Positions 1 to 11,130 of a DNA stretch of 64,000 nt are shown piece after piece (position 1 is the first letter of the stretch; each line of letters starts with the position of its first letter). Source of the DNA: Amphiscolops sp. MND2022 (taxonomy: Eukaryota); assembly GCA_964187785.1 (NCBI GenBank), contig OZ076410.1, positions 85,312,001 through 85,376,000 on the forward strand, read 5' to 3'. The notes below the pieces were generated by a model. That model was not told where the DNA came from, did not search any database, and saw nothing but the letters and a program-made list of their open reading frames with translations. Both the position numbers and the translations under genes were made by a program.

Positions 1-1779
1 CTTGCACAACTGTTAGCTTCGTCAAAGAGGGACCACCTCCCGGAATGGAAACTGGCACAGTACAGTGGAGATCCACTTCAATGGCACGAGTGGTATGGCC
101 AGTTCAAGAGTGCCATCGATTCCGCCCCGCTTACCGATGACGTGAAACTAACATATCTAAAGACACTGGTGTCCGGTAAGGCGAAGACTACTATCGCCGA
201 GTTTGCCTACAGCGGTACCATGTACAAAGATGCGCTGAGAACGTTGGAACGAAAGTTTGGGCAACCTCAAACCGTGGTTAGTGCCTACCTCGACAAACTT
301 GCCAACTATCCGCCAGTTAAAATGCACAATAGCGACAGTATCATCAGCTATTCTGCTACTGTTTCCTCACTGGTCGGCGTTTTCCGATCCTTGAATTATC
401 TCCAGGATCTGTCGAGCGCTTCTCTCATGAACCAAGCAGTTCAAAAACTTCCACCAAACCTGAAGGAAGCCTGGTCTATGAACACTGTCAAACGGAATCT
501 GGACCGGCCGACGTTGATTCACTTCAATTACTGGCTGAAGGAAAAAGCAGAAGCGCACGAACGCATGAAAGCCACCTCCAGTAAACCGAGGACCGAAGAA
601 GTTCCTGCCAACACTGTAACCAAGACAAAAACGGGAACCAAGGTTTTTGCGGCGACCACGAGCAATCAAGTGAAAACTGTCCCCAAGATTAGAAGTGAGA
701 AACAGTGCATAGCCTGTAAAGACAGTCACCCGCTGTGGCGATGCTCAGTATTCCGCCAAAAAACTCCAACGGAAAGAACCAAGCTGGCTGCCGAGAGTAA
801 ACTATGCTTTTCTTGTTTGAATGACGGACATTCCTTCCGACAATGCCCGCAACCAAGAAAGTGCACCAAGGAAGGCTGTAGTAGCTCGCATAACACTTTA
901 CTGCACGGCGCCGATAGAATTTTCCCCCAGAAAAGTCTCGGCGATGTAAAAACTACCCAAAAGAGTAAAACAAAAGTCAATCAGAAACAAACCGGCAGTG
1001 AAAGTTCAGGCATGTCTTCTGTAACTGATTACAAAGGATTGTTGCAAATAGTAGAAGTTCAGTTGGATTCATTGTCAAACTCCGTGAAAGTTCTCGCATT
1101 ATGCGACTCAGCTTGCAGTCATTCTTGGGTCTCAAGAAGTTTAGCTGACAAACTACGAGTCAAAGGCTCCGCAACCAAGTTAACCGTACACGGGATAAAT
1201 TCCCAGCAAGTGGTCAACACGGAAACAGTTGAGCTTAAGTTGACGCCCGTTCATTCGGGTGGCTCTTGTTCAACTTTTCCTGTCACACCTTACGTCCGAG
1301 ATGATTTGAAAGTGGGAAACGACGTCATCGACGTTGACAACTTGAAAAAAGTTTACCCACATTTAGAACCGATACCTCTCACCAAGTACAGCTATTCAAA
1401 CGTTGAGATGATCCTTGGTCAGGATGTCTTCCACTGTATCCGCCCATTGGAGTACTTCGAAGCCGACCGTCCGAATACTCCGATAGCCGTCCGTTTGCCG
1501 TTGGGTTGGGTACTGAGTGGTCCACTTCCTTCCACTACGGGTCTTTTCTCGACTTGTTTCAAAGCTGTCTCTAGCTCAGAGAATGATTCGATTCTTGCCG
1601 ATCAACTTCGCAGCTGGTATGACATGGAGTCATTCGGCGCCTACAAACAAGTTGATTCACGCTCCGCAGCCGACGCGCAAGCGATGAAAATTCTTGAAGA
1701 GACAACATTCAACGATGGATGCCGTTACCAAGTTGGTATGTTGTGGGCCGATGACGAAAGTACGTTACCGAACAACTAA
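1..1779 (+). CDS. gag: BEL/Pao gag-protease part of polyprotein (open at window start, ends at premature TAA)
   Basis: Frame is open from base 1 (LAQYSGDPLQWHEWYGQFKSAID, DUF1759-like). Knuckle motifs CIACKDSHPLWRC and CFSCLNDGHSFRQC; protease motif LCDSACSHSW. Confidence 0.9.
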   Translation, partial: LAQLLASSKRDHLPEWKLAQYSGDPLQWHEWYGQFKSAIDSAPLTDDVKLTYLKTLVSGKAKTTIAEFAYSGTMYKDALRTLERKFGQPQTVVSAYLDKLANYPPVKMHNSDSIISYSATVSSLVGVFRSLNYLQDLSSASLMNQAVQKLPPNLKEAWSMNTVKRNLDRPTLIHFNYWLKEKAEAHERMKATSSKPRTEEVPANTVTKTKTGTKVFAATTSNQVKTVPKIRSEKQCIACKDSHPLWRCSVFRQKTPTERTKLAAESKLCFSCLNDGHSFRQCPQPRKCTKEGCSSSHNTLLHGADRIFPQKSLGDVKTTQKSKTKVNQKQTGSESSGMSSVTDYKGLLQIVEVQLDSLSNSVKVLALCDSACSHSWVSRSLADKLRVKGSATKLTVHGINSQQVVNTETVELKLTPVHSGGSCSTFPVTPYVRDDLKVGNDVIDVDNLKKVYPHLEPIPLTKYSYSNVEMILGQDVFHCIRPLEYFEADRPNTPIAVRLPLGWVLSGPLPSTTGLFSTCFKAVSSSENDSILADQLRSWYDMESFGAYKQVDSRSAADAQAMKILEETTFNDGCRYQVGMLWADDESTLPNN

Positions 1780-4700
1780 TTTTCGGCTCTCGTTCAACTC
1801 AAGTCTTTAGAACGCCGCTTAGGGAAAGATCCTCAACTGAAAGAAAGTTACAGCAAAACCATCAAAGAGGATTTTGAAAAAGGGTATATTGTTCAAGTCG
1901 ATAAATCCGAATGCTTTCGAACAGATAACCGTCGTGAATGGTACTTGCCACATCACCCCGTGATACACCCACACAAACCCGGCAAAGTGAGAAGAGTTCT
2001 GAATGGCGCCGCGAAGTTTCACGGTTATTCTCTGAACAATGCTCTTTTAACTGGTCCAGATCTGCTGCAAAGTTTGATCCATATCGTTTTTAGATTCCGT
2101 CAATACCCCAACGCCGTATCCGCCGACATCGAAGGAATGTTCCTACAAGTAGGAGTTATTCCGAAAGACCAGCCGTCTCTTCGTTTTCTGTGGCGGGAGG
2201 ACCCAGCAACTGAAGTTGCTGTTTTTCAATACGTAAGGCACATCTTCGGTTCAAAAGACTCCCCGACATGCGCAAATTACGCCCTAAAGAGGACCGCTAC
2301 AGACAATGCTGAAGATTTTCCGACTGCCGCCCAGAGCGTGCAAACAAACTTCTACATGGACGACTACCTCGAATCTAGTCCTACAGCTGAAGAAGCTATT
2401 CAAAAGGCTAAAGATTTGACAAAATTGCTTTCAATCGGCGGATTCAAGCTAACAAAGTTCATGTCTAATGATTCCAGCATCCTGCAACAAATCGAACCGA
2501 ACTCTGACAGCCAAACCAACGATGATAAACCGTTACTAACAACAGAGGAATCATCACATGTACTTGGCCTCAAATGGAACCATGCCTCAGACACACTTGT
2601 TGTTAGCCGAGGCACCACTCCTGACATAAACCGAACTGTTACTCAAAGAATTGTCCTCAGCCTTGTCTCCGGTGTTTACGACCCTATTGGCCTCGTAGCT
2701 CCGTACACAGTGAAAGCCCGACTTCTACTCAAAGACATATGGAGACTGAGTGGCCAGAAATGGGATGACATTCTCCCAGACGACATTGTAACCAAGTTTC
2801 TTGATTGGAGTTCTGAATTGGGAACACTTAGCGAACTCAGGATTCCAAGAAGTTATTTCCAACAAAAGGTGGAACGTCTGGAGTTACATATGTTTGGGGA
2901 CAGTTCACAAGATGTTTTTAGTGCAGTAGCTTTCCTCAGAGGCAAAGTCATCTGCGGCGATGACAGTTCTACTGAAATAGCCTTCGTTTTCGGCAAAGCA
3001 CGAGTTGCACCAATGAAAGCCTTGACCATTCCTAAACTCGAACTGCAGGCCGCGCTGCTTTCCGCTAGATTGAGAAATGAAGTGCAACGTGCTTTAACTC
3101 TGAAAATCGAGAAGACTTTCATGTGGACCGACAGTACTACGGTGCTTCAGTGGTTACACTCCCTTGAAAAACAGCCTGTATTTGTCGCAAACCGCGTCGC
3201 GGAGATACTTGAACTGACGACTGCCGACGAGTGGTACCATGTTCAATCCGCTGACAACCCTGCTGATGCTGGAACTAGAGGCTTGTCCGCCAAAGATCTT
3301 TTGCAGAGTAGTTGGTTAAGCGGTCCCAACTTCTTGAAAACAAATGAATGGCCTTTCAAGCCATCCAAAGGCTTCCGACTGAAACTGAAACAAACTAAAC
3401 CGCATCCTACCGATGAACCAAGTACTGAGTCGTGTACGATGTTGTCTGAAACCCAAGTTGCAACAGCGAAAACTTTCGAGTGGCAGAAGTATGGCTCATA
3501 CGAGAAACTCCTGCGCATTGCAGCCTATGTTTTACGGCTTCTGTCGAGAAATAGGGACTACAGGACAAACTCTTGCGTCATCACCGATCCTGCTGAACTT
3601 GAAAATTCCGAACAACGTCTTCTCTACCTGACCCAAACAGAATCATTCCATGCCGAAAAAAGTAACCTGCTGAAGTCAACCCCGCTCAGTAAATCTTCGA
3701 AAATTGTCCGATTCTCCCCCTTTATTGGACCAAACGATCTCTTACGAGCGTCTGGCCGAACAAGACTACTCGAAACTGCCACATTTGATGTCAAACACCC
3801 CATTCTATTGGATGCCCGTCATCCACTAGTCAGGCTTCTCCTAGAATATTTACACTCCCAACATTGCCATCAGGGCGTTGACTATCTGAGAGCGTTGGTG
3901 CAGCAGCGATTTGCTGTAGTCAAGCTGAGAGCCGTCCTGAGAACCATTGTTTCGAGATGCCTAACATGCCGTAAACGAAAAGCTGAAACCCTGACTCCAA
4001 TAATGTCTGACCTACCCCGCGAAAGGCTGGCGTTTAAAGAACCTCCTTTCTCGAACACTGGGATTGATTACTTCGGACCGTTTTTCGTATCAGTGAAAAG
4101 GTCGACTGAAAAACGGTGGGGCTTCCTTTTTACTTGTCTGACGACTCGCGCCGTTCACTTTGAAGTTGTTCCCAGTATGGATACCAGCAGTTGCGTGATG
4201 GGGATTGAAAGATTCTGCGCCCGCCGTGGAATCCCATCAGTAATCTGGTCCGACAACGGGACAAACTTCGTTGCCAGCGAGAAAGAACTTTTATCCAACA
4301 TCAATAATTGGAATCAACAAGTTCTCAGCGAGTCACTCGTTAAGAAAGGGATCAAGTGGAAGTTCAACCCTCCAAGTGCCCCCCACCACGGAGGTGTTTG
4401 GGAACGTCTAGTTCGTAGCTTCAAACACGTTTTCTACGCCGTTTTAGGGAACCGCCGTTTGACAGACGAAATCTTGACGACGACGTTTTGCCTGGTGGAA
4501 CAATGTCTCAACGCCCGCCCAATCACACCCGTTAGTCCTGACGCTACTGACATCGACGCTCTCACACCAAATCACTTTCTTCTTGGAACAGCTAGCTCAA
4601 CATTGCCGTCACACTTCCGCCCCGAAATAGACCATCGAAAGCGATATGTTCGAGCCCAAGCGTATTCGGACGCAATTTGGAATCGTTGGCTCAAGGAGTA

Positions 4701-4941
4701 CGTTCCACACCTCAACTGTCGCTCGAAATGGTTCCAATCGTCAGACCGACATCTGAAAACCGGAGATCTTGTCTGGCTAGTTGAGCCTACCGCACCAAGA
4801 GGACACTATCCACTTGGTCGCGTGGTGAAGTTAAACTACGGCACCGATGCCATCGCCCGTTCAGCTGAAGTCAAGACTTCAACCGGAAACCTTGTTCGCC
4901 CAGTTGTCAAGCTCGCTCCCGTTCTCCCCATTTCCGAGTAA
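1780..4941 (+). CDS. pol: BEL/Pao RT, RNase H and integrase, same frame as gag after the TAA
   Basis: RT motifs ADIEGMFLQV and FYMDDYL; RNase H motifs FGDSSQ and WTDS; integrase H-x4-H/C-x2-C, DYFGP, SDNGTNF, GGVWERLV; C-terminal GDLVWL and PLGRV. I read no stop between 1780 and the provided ORF start at 1945. Confidence 0.95.
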   Translation, partial: FSALVQLKSLERRLGKDPQLKESYSKTIKEDFEKGYIVQVDKSECFRTDNRREWYLPHHPVIHPHKPGKVRRVLNGAAKFHGYSLNNALLTGPDLLQSLIHIVFRFRQYPNAVSADIEGMFLQVGVIPKDQPSLRFLWREDPATEVAVFQYVRHIFGSKDSPTCANYALKRTATDNAEDFPTAAQSVQTNFYMDDYLESSPTAEEAIQKAKDLTKLLSIGGFKLTKFMSNDSSILQQIEPNSDSQTNDDKPLLTTEESSHVLGLKWNHASDTLVVSRGTTPDINRTVTQRIVLSLVSGVYDPIGLVAPYTVKARLLLKDIWRLSGQKWDDILPDDIVTKFLDWSSELGTLSELRIPRSYFQQKVERLELHMFGDSSQDVFSAVAFLRGKVICGDDSSTEIAFVFGKARVAPMKALTIPKLELQAALLSARLRNEVQRALTLKIEKTFMWTDSTTVLQWLHSLEKQPVFVANRVAEILELTTADEWYHVQSADNPADAGTRGLSAKDLLQSSWLSGPNFLKTNEWPFKPSKGFRLKLKQTKPHPTDEPSTESCTMLSETQVATAKTFEWQKYGSYEKLLRIAAYVLRLLSRNRDYRTNSCVITDPAELENSEQRLLYLTQTESFHAEKSNLLKSTPLSKSSKIVRFSPFIGPNDLLRASGRTRLLETATFDVKHPILLDARHPLVRLLLEYLHSQHCHQGVDYLRALVQQRFAVVKLRAVLRTIVSRCLTCRKRKAETLTPIMSDLPRERLAFKEPPFSNTGIDYFGPFFVSVKRSTEKRWGFLFTCLTTRAVHFEVVPSMDTSSCVMGIERFCARRGIPSVIWSDNGTNFVASEKELLSNINNWNQQVLSESLVKKGIKWKFNPPSAPHHGGVWERLVRSFKHVFYAVLGNRRLTDEILTTTFCLVEQCLNARPITPVSPDATDIDALTPNHFLLGTASSTLPSHFRPEIDHRKRYVRAQAYSDAIWNRWLKEYVPHLNCRSKWFQSSDRHLKTGDLVWLVEPTAPRGHYPLGRVVKLNYGTDAIARSAEVKTSTGNLVRPVVKLAPVLPISE

Positions 4942-5067
4942 ACAATAAGTAGAAAGTGAACTATTTCATTCATTTCGTCATATTTATTGTGTTTTTGTAA
5001 CAAGTATAACAACTACAATTAAAAAGTTTTTTTTTACTATTGAAGTCTTTTATTTGTCTACATCTAC

Positions 5068-5340
5068 TTGGGCCCGGAGGATGTTGCGCTCGCAATAAGA
5101 TTGAAATTATTTTATTCAATAATCCTTCGGAAAAACTTCATAAAATCTGAAATACATAGTTAAAAAATATCTTTTTTTTTGGAAATATCAAAAGTTAGTT
5201 CTTTGCTATCTCGAAATCATGACTCATATTTGTTCATGTGTTTATTGGTTTGCTTACTGTTTTCTGTAAAAGTTTGCGGGATTATCATTGTGGTTTCATT
5301 CTTTCTGGGATTCAAACATATGTGTTATCTCTGAAACATC
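5068..5340 (+). repeat. PPT and 3' LTR of the BEL/Pao element (LTR starts 5082; end uncertain)
   Basis: TTGGGCCCGGAGGA then TGTTGCG. Candidate CA ends at 5318 and 5338; no second LTR in the window to confirm. Confidence 0.6.
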
Positions 5341-5499
5341 TTCTTGATAAAATTCCCAAAACGAGGTATAGGAAACCTATACAATTCTTTCAACTGGTAT
5401 TGATAGCCTTTATTTGTTACGAATTGGCGGAGTGGTAATATTTATTATAAGAAGCAGTTCTTTTTTCGAGCGATTTCTTCGACATCGACCTTTTTTCAC

Positions 5500-8400
5500 G
5501 AGGGAATGAACGGGATGGATGAAATAAAAGAACAGGAACTATGTTCAACTTGGTTTATGCGCAAAAATATATCTTTTCTGTAATTCACGATTGAAAAATT
5601 CAATGATTTTTAATTGATTGTGACATGATGTACTCAATGTACCATCCTTGTTTGGGAAAGGTTTCTACTGCCAATGCGTGATAACGAACAATTCCGTTGT
5701 TTTTTCTGGCGAAGGATGAATGTTGGACTTCAGAATGATGTGCATGAATTTGTGAGTAACATTGTACTTGAAAAGTTTGGAGGATTGGTGAATATTCATT
5801 TTGTAAATTTTTGTAAAATAAGCTACCACATCAGTTTGATAATATACCGGTGATGAAGCCGTACAAAATGACGTGCGTTTCGAGGGGCCTTTTCAGTGTT
5901 AATGAGTTTCTAAAGGTTGATGTCAAAAGTTGAAAGGAGACAAAAATGCGAGAAGATTTTCAGAAAGGATTTATCATCTAAGCCATCGAAAAGTTTTTCA
6001 GGGTCTGAGAGAGCAACAAAAAAACTTGAGGTTAAAGTTGAACTTGTATTGGAGATACTCAAAATGGAGGATGATTATAAAGAGGCGGTAGCAGTCATTA
6101 AGATCATAAAGAGTGTTAGCAGAATTTAGGTGTGGTTGTGATCGTGTAGGACTTTTAAAAAAAGGCATGATTTTTAAAACGCCGGTCTGACGATGGAAAG
6201 GTTGGTTGATTAATATGATAGTTTGTTGTCGTAAAGGACGATAGATAGGTACTGATTGTTAAGGATCAGGTTGCGAAAAAAAGTTTGGTTGAAGTTGAGA
6301 AGTTATTACATTGGTGTGAGCAACCGGAGTTTGTGATGGATTTGTTCGAATTGCTAAACAGGAAGACTGTGTTAGTGAGATTTCCTGTAAAATAAGTAAA
6401 AGTGGTAGTGTTTTTTAGAAGTGGTAAAAATTTGAGGAGATAACAAATTAAAGAGTTGAATTGTGGTACTTGGAAGTGGTGGCGGATCTGAATCGGGACG
6501 TGAATTGATGTGTACACTATAGGTAGATGGAGGGGATTGGAGAGAAATATCACATGTAAGATCTGTATCAGGAGGCTTTGGTAAATTCGATGCTTGCGTT
6601 CAAACAACATCCAAGTGGTTGACATTCTAGCAATCCCCCATGGAGTCGAAAAATGACTATTTGAAGTATTCTACAGGACAACCAAGAAACGTAGACTGTG
6701 AAAGATATGGTTTTTGTTAGGTTTATCCGAATTGAAAGGAAGAATTTTCAGGGGTTTGAAATTGAAAAAGCAAGTCTACAAAGAAGAAATAGTGTCTACA
6801 AAGAAGAAAGAAGAAAGAAGTAGTGAATCTCTCCAGTTTGGGTTTTGTTTCCAAATACGAAGTTAAACTTTGAAGGAGATGACATTGGAAAAGATGTTTC
6901 TGAAGGATATCAAGTTGAAGTCAGCATGGGGGTTATTTTCAATTCTGTGGATTCGTTTCATGTTTTCGAGCTCAAACCGAGTTTCCTATTGTATTAGGTT
7001 TTGAATAGCAAAAGGTTTGAGAAGATGTTCGTGGTTCATTGTTTCGTTCAGATCATTCAATTTGAAAAGGAACAGAATCATTTTTTGGGAACATAGGTAA
7101 ATGCGGGATAGATAATGTCCCGAAATGTTTTGAGAGTAAATGTGGATAGAGGTAAATGTGGGATAGATAATGTTCCGAAATGTTTTGAGAATACTTGTGT
7201 GGATCGAAAAGGTAGTGAAAAGAGACAGTCAGTTCATCAGGGGATCAAGTTAATTTGTTTCGAACTTGAGTCATGATGTTTACGAAAGAGAGGAGAAGAA
7301 TAAATGATTGAAATGGAGATCAATGAAAATGGGAGAAAAACCAACCTGGGGTTTTTGTCTATAGTTAGTTACAGGAATGACAGCTAATTACATGGGATGT
7401 CTAGGGTAGAATCCAAAAAAAACGGGACGTCGAGAATGATTTCAAACAGTATAGTGTGTATTGCAGGTGGAGGATATAATCTTTTTTATCCTTCTGCCGG
7501 ACTTGCTGTAAAGGTTATGAAACAAAAACACGAGGAAAGGAGTTTCAAGTGAAAAAAGAGAAGAAATGGCTCTTCATAATGTATGACGAAGGTTTAAAAG
7601 TTATGTAGAGTACACATATTTTCAAGAAGCCTAAAATATTTCGTGTTGTAAAGGTATCATGCAAAATGTGAAGTGTTTAGATCTGAAGGAGTGCGTTGTT
7701 GAATAGTGGCAGGTATTAAGTTCAGTGTTTGGTTTGCATTGAACATGAGATTGAGAGTGACTAAAACGGAGCTTGGTTTATCATAGATGGAGGAATTTTG
7801 AGAAGTTTTGGTATTTGGAAGGTGTGAAAATGGATGTGAATTTTATTAGTTTGATGTTATGATTGAGTTTAGGAGATTTGTCGTTGGCTTTAAAGGGTGT
7901 AAATGCTCGGCCTCAAATTTGACAGGGTTTTAAGTATATCAGAGTTTGAAAAGGAGATTTTTCAAGTAAGAGCGTTGAATGATGAGAATGGAAAAAAGTG
8001 TGTTTTGCTATAACGAGGGAAAGAATTGGGGAAGTGGGAAAGTATTACTGAAATGCGAACGATGCAAAAAAGTACAAGCAGAAGCATCGAGGCAACCATC
8101 AGTGCAAAAATGTTGAAAGTGAAAAAGATAATAGTGGCCAAATGTCAACTGAGACACATCTGAAATGCTGAAAAAATGAAGGTGTTTCCGAAAGAAGCGC
8201 TAGGTTGAAACTAATGAACAATTGTCTGACATTAGGTCGATTAGTGCAAGAATACCAAAAATTTAAATGATAATCATTAAAATACTAAGTAGATCACTTG
8301 TGGGAGGCATTGAAAAGTCAACAAAATTCGGACTTGATTTTAAACGTGCAAAAGCTGTCATCAACAGTTGACCCGAAATATTTGGATAGTAGAAACAGTG
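5500..8400 (-). pseudogene. Heavily decayed Gypsy gag/pol relic (protease to RT linker); boundaries approximate
   Basis: Minus-strand fragments such as ILFEIILDVPFF (protease C-terminal ILG..FF-like), LRIWKQ and TTNYHINQPTFP, with many stops and frameshifts. Confidence 0.45.
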
Positions 8401-8732
8401 TTTAGTCTTTACGTAGAACAACTCTAACTGAAACATTTATGTTCCCGCATGATGTGGTTTATAAATCGAATAGTCTTTTCCGTATTTTTACTAACTTTTA
8501 CAAACTTTTACATTTGATTGGTCATCATAGTAAACAAGTATATACGTCATATGTCTAGACTGCATTGAAAGAGTTGATTGATGTGAATCGGTTGCGATGA
8601 AACGAGCTATTTATTTTCCTTTGACTCAGTATGTTTCCATAATCGCCGAAAAACAACTCAACGCTACTTTATTTCACAACTTGCACAGGGATCCGCGTTT
8701 GATTCAGTGTCAATTGTTAACAGTTGGCCATA

Positions 8733-9486
8733 CCCAGTGTTCGAAACCTATGGGCCACTTGCCATGATCATGGTTAATCTTGTTAAATCATGGTTAACCA
8801 TGGAACCCTCGTCAAGATCATGGCAAGATCATGGCAAGATCATGGCAAGATCATGGCAAGATATCATTGGTAAGACATGTGAGCTGCTTCTAATTGTATA
8901 ATTTATTCTTTTCACAAAAAAAATTGTGTCGTCTCCAATTTCTGAATAAACCGTTGTAATAATTTCGCACATCACTTTTATTTATCGAAAGTTTTTCTAA
9001 ACTGAAACATATCCAAACCGTAATGTGCACATATTGACCTAGTTTTGGTACCTGAGAGCACGGCATTGTTACATACTACTGTCATAATTTATCATACAAA
9101 GCAAATTCCAAATCAAGTTATTGCAACTTGCGGGTTTGCGATTTTGGTGCGAAATTCATCTTTTCTAGCTATGATTTGTTAATCTCGCAAATACCTCACC
9201 TATTGAGGTAACGTGTTGAAACAACTGAAGTTTGAGAATGCAACAGAAACTAGTGCAAACAAAATAAAAAGAATTAGAAAAAAGAGTTACAAAAAACGGA
9301 TTTGCTACCATGGAACCCTTGTCAAGAACATGGTTTATCTTAGCTTCCTTGCCAAGATCGTGGTTAGCCTTCGCATGATCTTGCATGGCCATGGGAACCT
9401 TACCGAGATCATTTCAAGATCTTGCCAATGCTAGCAAGGAACTTGCTATGGATCTAAGCAAGGATACCATGGCTTCGAACACTGGG
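8733..9486. mobile_element. MITE-like element with 13-bp TIRs and TA flanks
   Basis: CCCAGTGTTCGAA at 8733-8745 and TTCGAACACTGGG at 9474-9486, each flanked by TA. Internal CAAGATCATGG-like subrepeats; no ORF. Confidence 0.8.
8813..8861. repeat. 11-bp tandem repeat (CAAGATCATGG) x4 plus a partial copy
   Basis: Read directly from the sequence. Confidence 0.95.
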
Positions 9487-9860
9487 TAGATTTTCCAAAC
9501 ATTAAATTTTTCAAGACTCTCACTTTCTTCCTTCGAAATTTTTCTTCATTTGGTGTTTCTTGAGTCTTTTGCAGTTTTGCTTTTGATAAGGTTCTAGACG
9601 AACTCTCTACTATTGTGATAGCCAAAATCACAATCGCTATGACTTTTGTTGAAATGGTTTCGTAGCAGAATAGCTCAACGTTGAGGTTCTGTAATGTGTA
9701 TTTACAAATGCCAGTTTCATATCAACCAGAATTATTTAAATCATTTTATTTTTGGCACACAATTTATTTGTGTAGAGAGATGAAAATCGCCATCTGTGCT
9801 GCGTTTTTTTTTCAAATTCTGCAAAAAAATTCACTTCGTGATATAATTCATTTAATTACT

Positions 9861-9925
9861 GTAGTTGGCCCAGTTGGCCCGCCTACCAGTCAGTAGGTCG
9901 TGGGTTTGAATCCGGGCTGAAGCAT
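9861..9925 (+). mobile_element. tRNA-derived SINE head (Pol III A and B boxes)
   Basis: A-box-like TGGCCCAGTTGG at 9866-9877 and B-box-like GGGTTTGAATCC at 9902-9913. I could not fold a full cloverleaf. Confidence 0.6.
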
Positions 9926-10427
9926 GAAATGTTTTTTTTTGCTATACGAGTGTGGCGGAAAATATCTCGGTGCTTGGATGGCGTCTTGTTTCATCTTTAG
10001 CTGTTTTCAAAGTTAACCTTAAAGTTCGTGTGGAATGGACTGAACTTCTACATCTGACACGGTACGAGTTTGCGTTCATTATTTCGAAAAGTTGCTTCAG
10101 TTGTTGTTCGATGTCCCAGATATTGTTTGAAAAGCAGTTTTTATGACTTTCAATACCTTTCATACTCAACAAGTTTTTTTCCAAAATAACTTCCGACGCA
10201 TGCTGGTTTCCTCACTGAGCTGAAGTAGTTCTTACTATCGAGTTTAGTTTTTTAAAATGATAGGAACAAAAGCTTACGTTAATTATAGAAGAAATGGTTC
10301 TCTCAACTTTTGCGGCGTTTTCTTGTCATTTATTACCGTTTTTGCTAATATACGGCCAAACAGCGGCCAAAACTAAAGAAATAGTAAAATAAACTAAACA
10401 TAAAGTGATTCTAAAACAAACAAGACT

Positions 10428-10811
10428 GGAACGTCTAAAGTCGGCGCTATATCTAAGGCTCAAAAAGCGCAGTGTTTGAATATGCGTAGGACCTTTTCAT
10501 GAAAAACTCCTCTTTTCCAACATCCGCCTCCTCCTTACTAAAACGCAATATAGTGCGGATACAACGTCAAAACTTCAGATATAGCGCTTAACTCCGGATA
10601 TCACGAGGGAGGTTTTCAATAAAATCGAAGGGAGGCCCTTTAAAGACAAAAAAATGCCAAAAAAGTCTCAAAGCGCAAAAAAGTTGAAAGGGGGACCCGT
10701 TAGTTTCGTTCGGGTGACTGAACAAAAGTTTCGTCACAGTCTGTCTTAAAGAAAAAAACGGGTGACTGTAATATTCGGGCTCTTTTATCATTGAAAAGCG
10801 CCGACTAAAAA
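10428..10811 (+). repeat. Dispersed repeat family, copy 1, with subterminal inverted motif
   Basis: Starts GGAACGTCTAAAGTCGGCGCTATATCTAAGG (also at 31320 and 34996). Ends with the inverted motif AGCGCCGACT; internal GGGGGACCC. Confidence 0.8.
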
Positions 10812-10883
10812 TGGAAAAAGTTCGCCCCAATTCCATTTAAATGATGTCATTTTTATTTATGTAATTTCTGAATTATTCTCAAC

Positions 10884-11130
10884 CTGCTTGTCAATGCCAT
10901 ATCGGAATGTGAATGAGTGGGTGGTGAATCGAACTGAATAATACTCTTCGAATTCTTCGTTCACGTCACACGATACTTTTATGACGTCAAGTGGAACGGT
11001 TGATATATTGAAGTTGGACGTTCTTGTTTTGGGTTCAGTGTACTCATCTGATTTGCTGTACGCAATGGTTTCAAACTGGTATAGACCCCCCGGCATCAGA
11101 TCGTCCCAGATCCAAGACCATGTCAGTTGG
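10884..11130 (-). CDS. FN3-like exon of host gene (last confidently placed; donor approximate)
   Basis: Acceptor TTGTTTTTCAG, phase 2. Reads QLTWSWIWDDLMPGGLYQFETIAYSKS...STVP. Candidate donor CAG/GTTGAG. Confidence 0.8.

Larger units (their letters stand above)
1..5340 (+). mobile_element. BEL/Pao LTR retrotransposon, 5' end outside window, nearly intact; 3' LTR end approximate
   Basis: One reading frame from base 1 to 4941 with a single stop. Domain order is DUF1759-like gag, Cys/His knuckles, protease, RT, RNase H, integrase. A purine-rich tract CTTGGGCCCGGAGGA is followed by TGTTG at 5082. Confidence 0.95.

Noticed and set aside
367-3631. Short ORFs overlapping BEL gag/pol on either strand (and similar ones over 45000-51000)
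   Set aside because: Shadow frames of long coding sequence with no recognisable motifs.
9861-9925. Functional tRNA gene
   Set aside because: A and B boxes are present but acceptor and anticodon stems do not form; treated as a SINE head.
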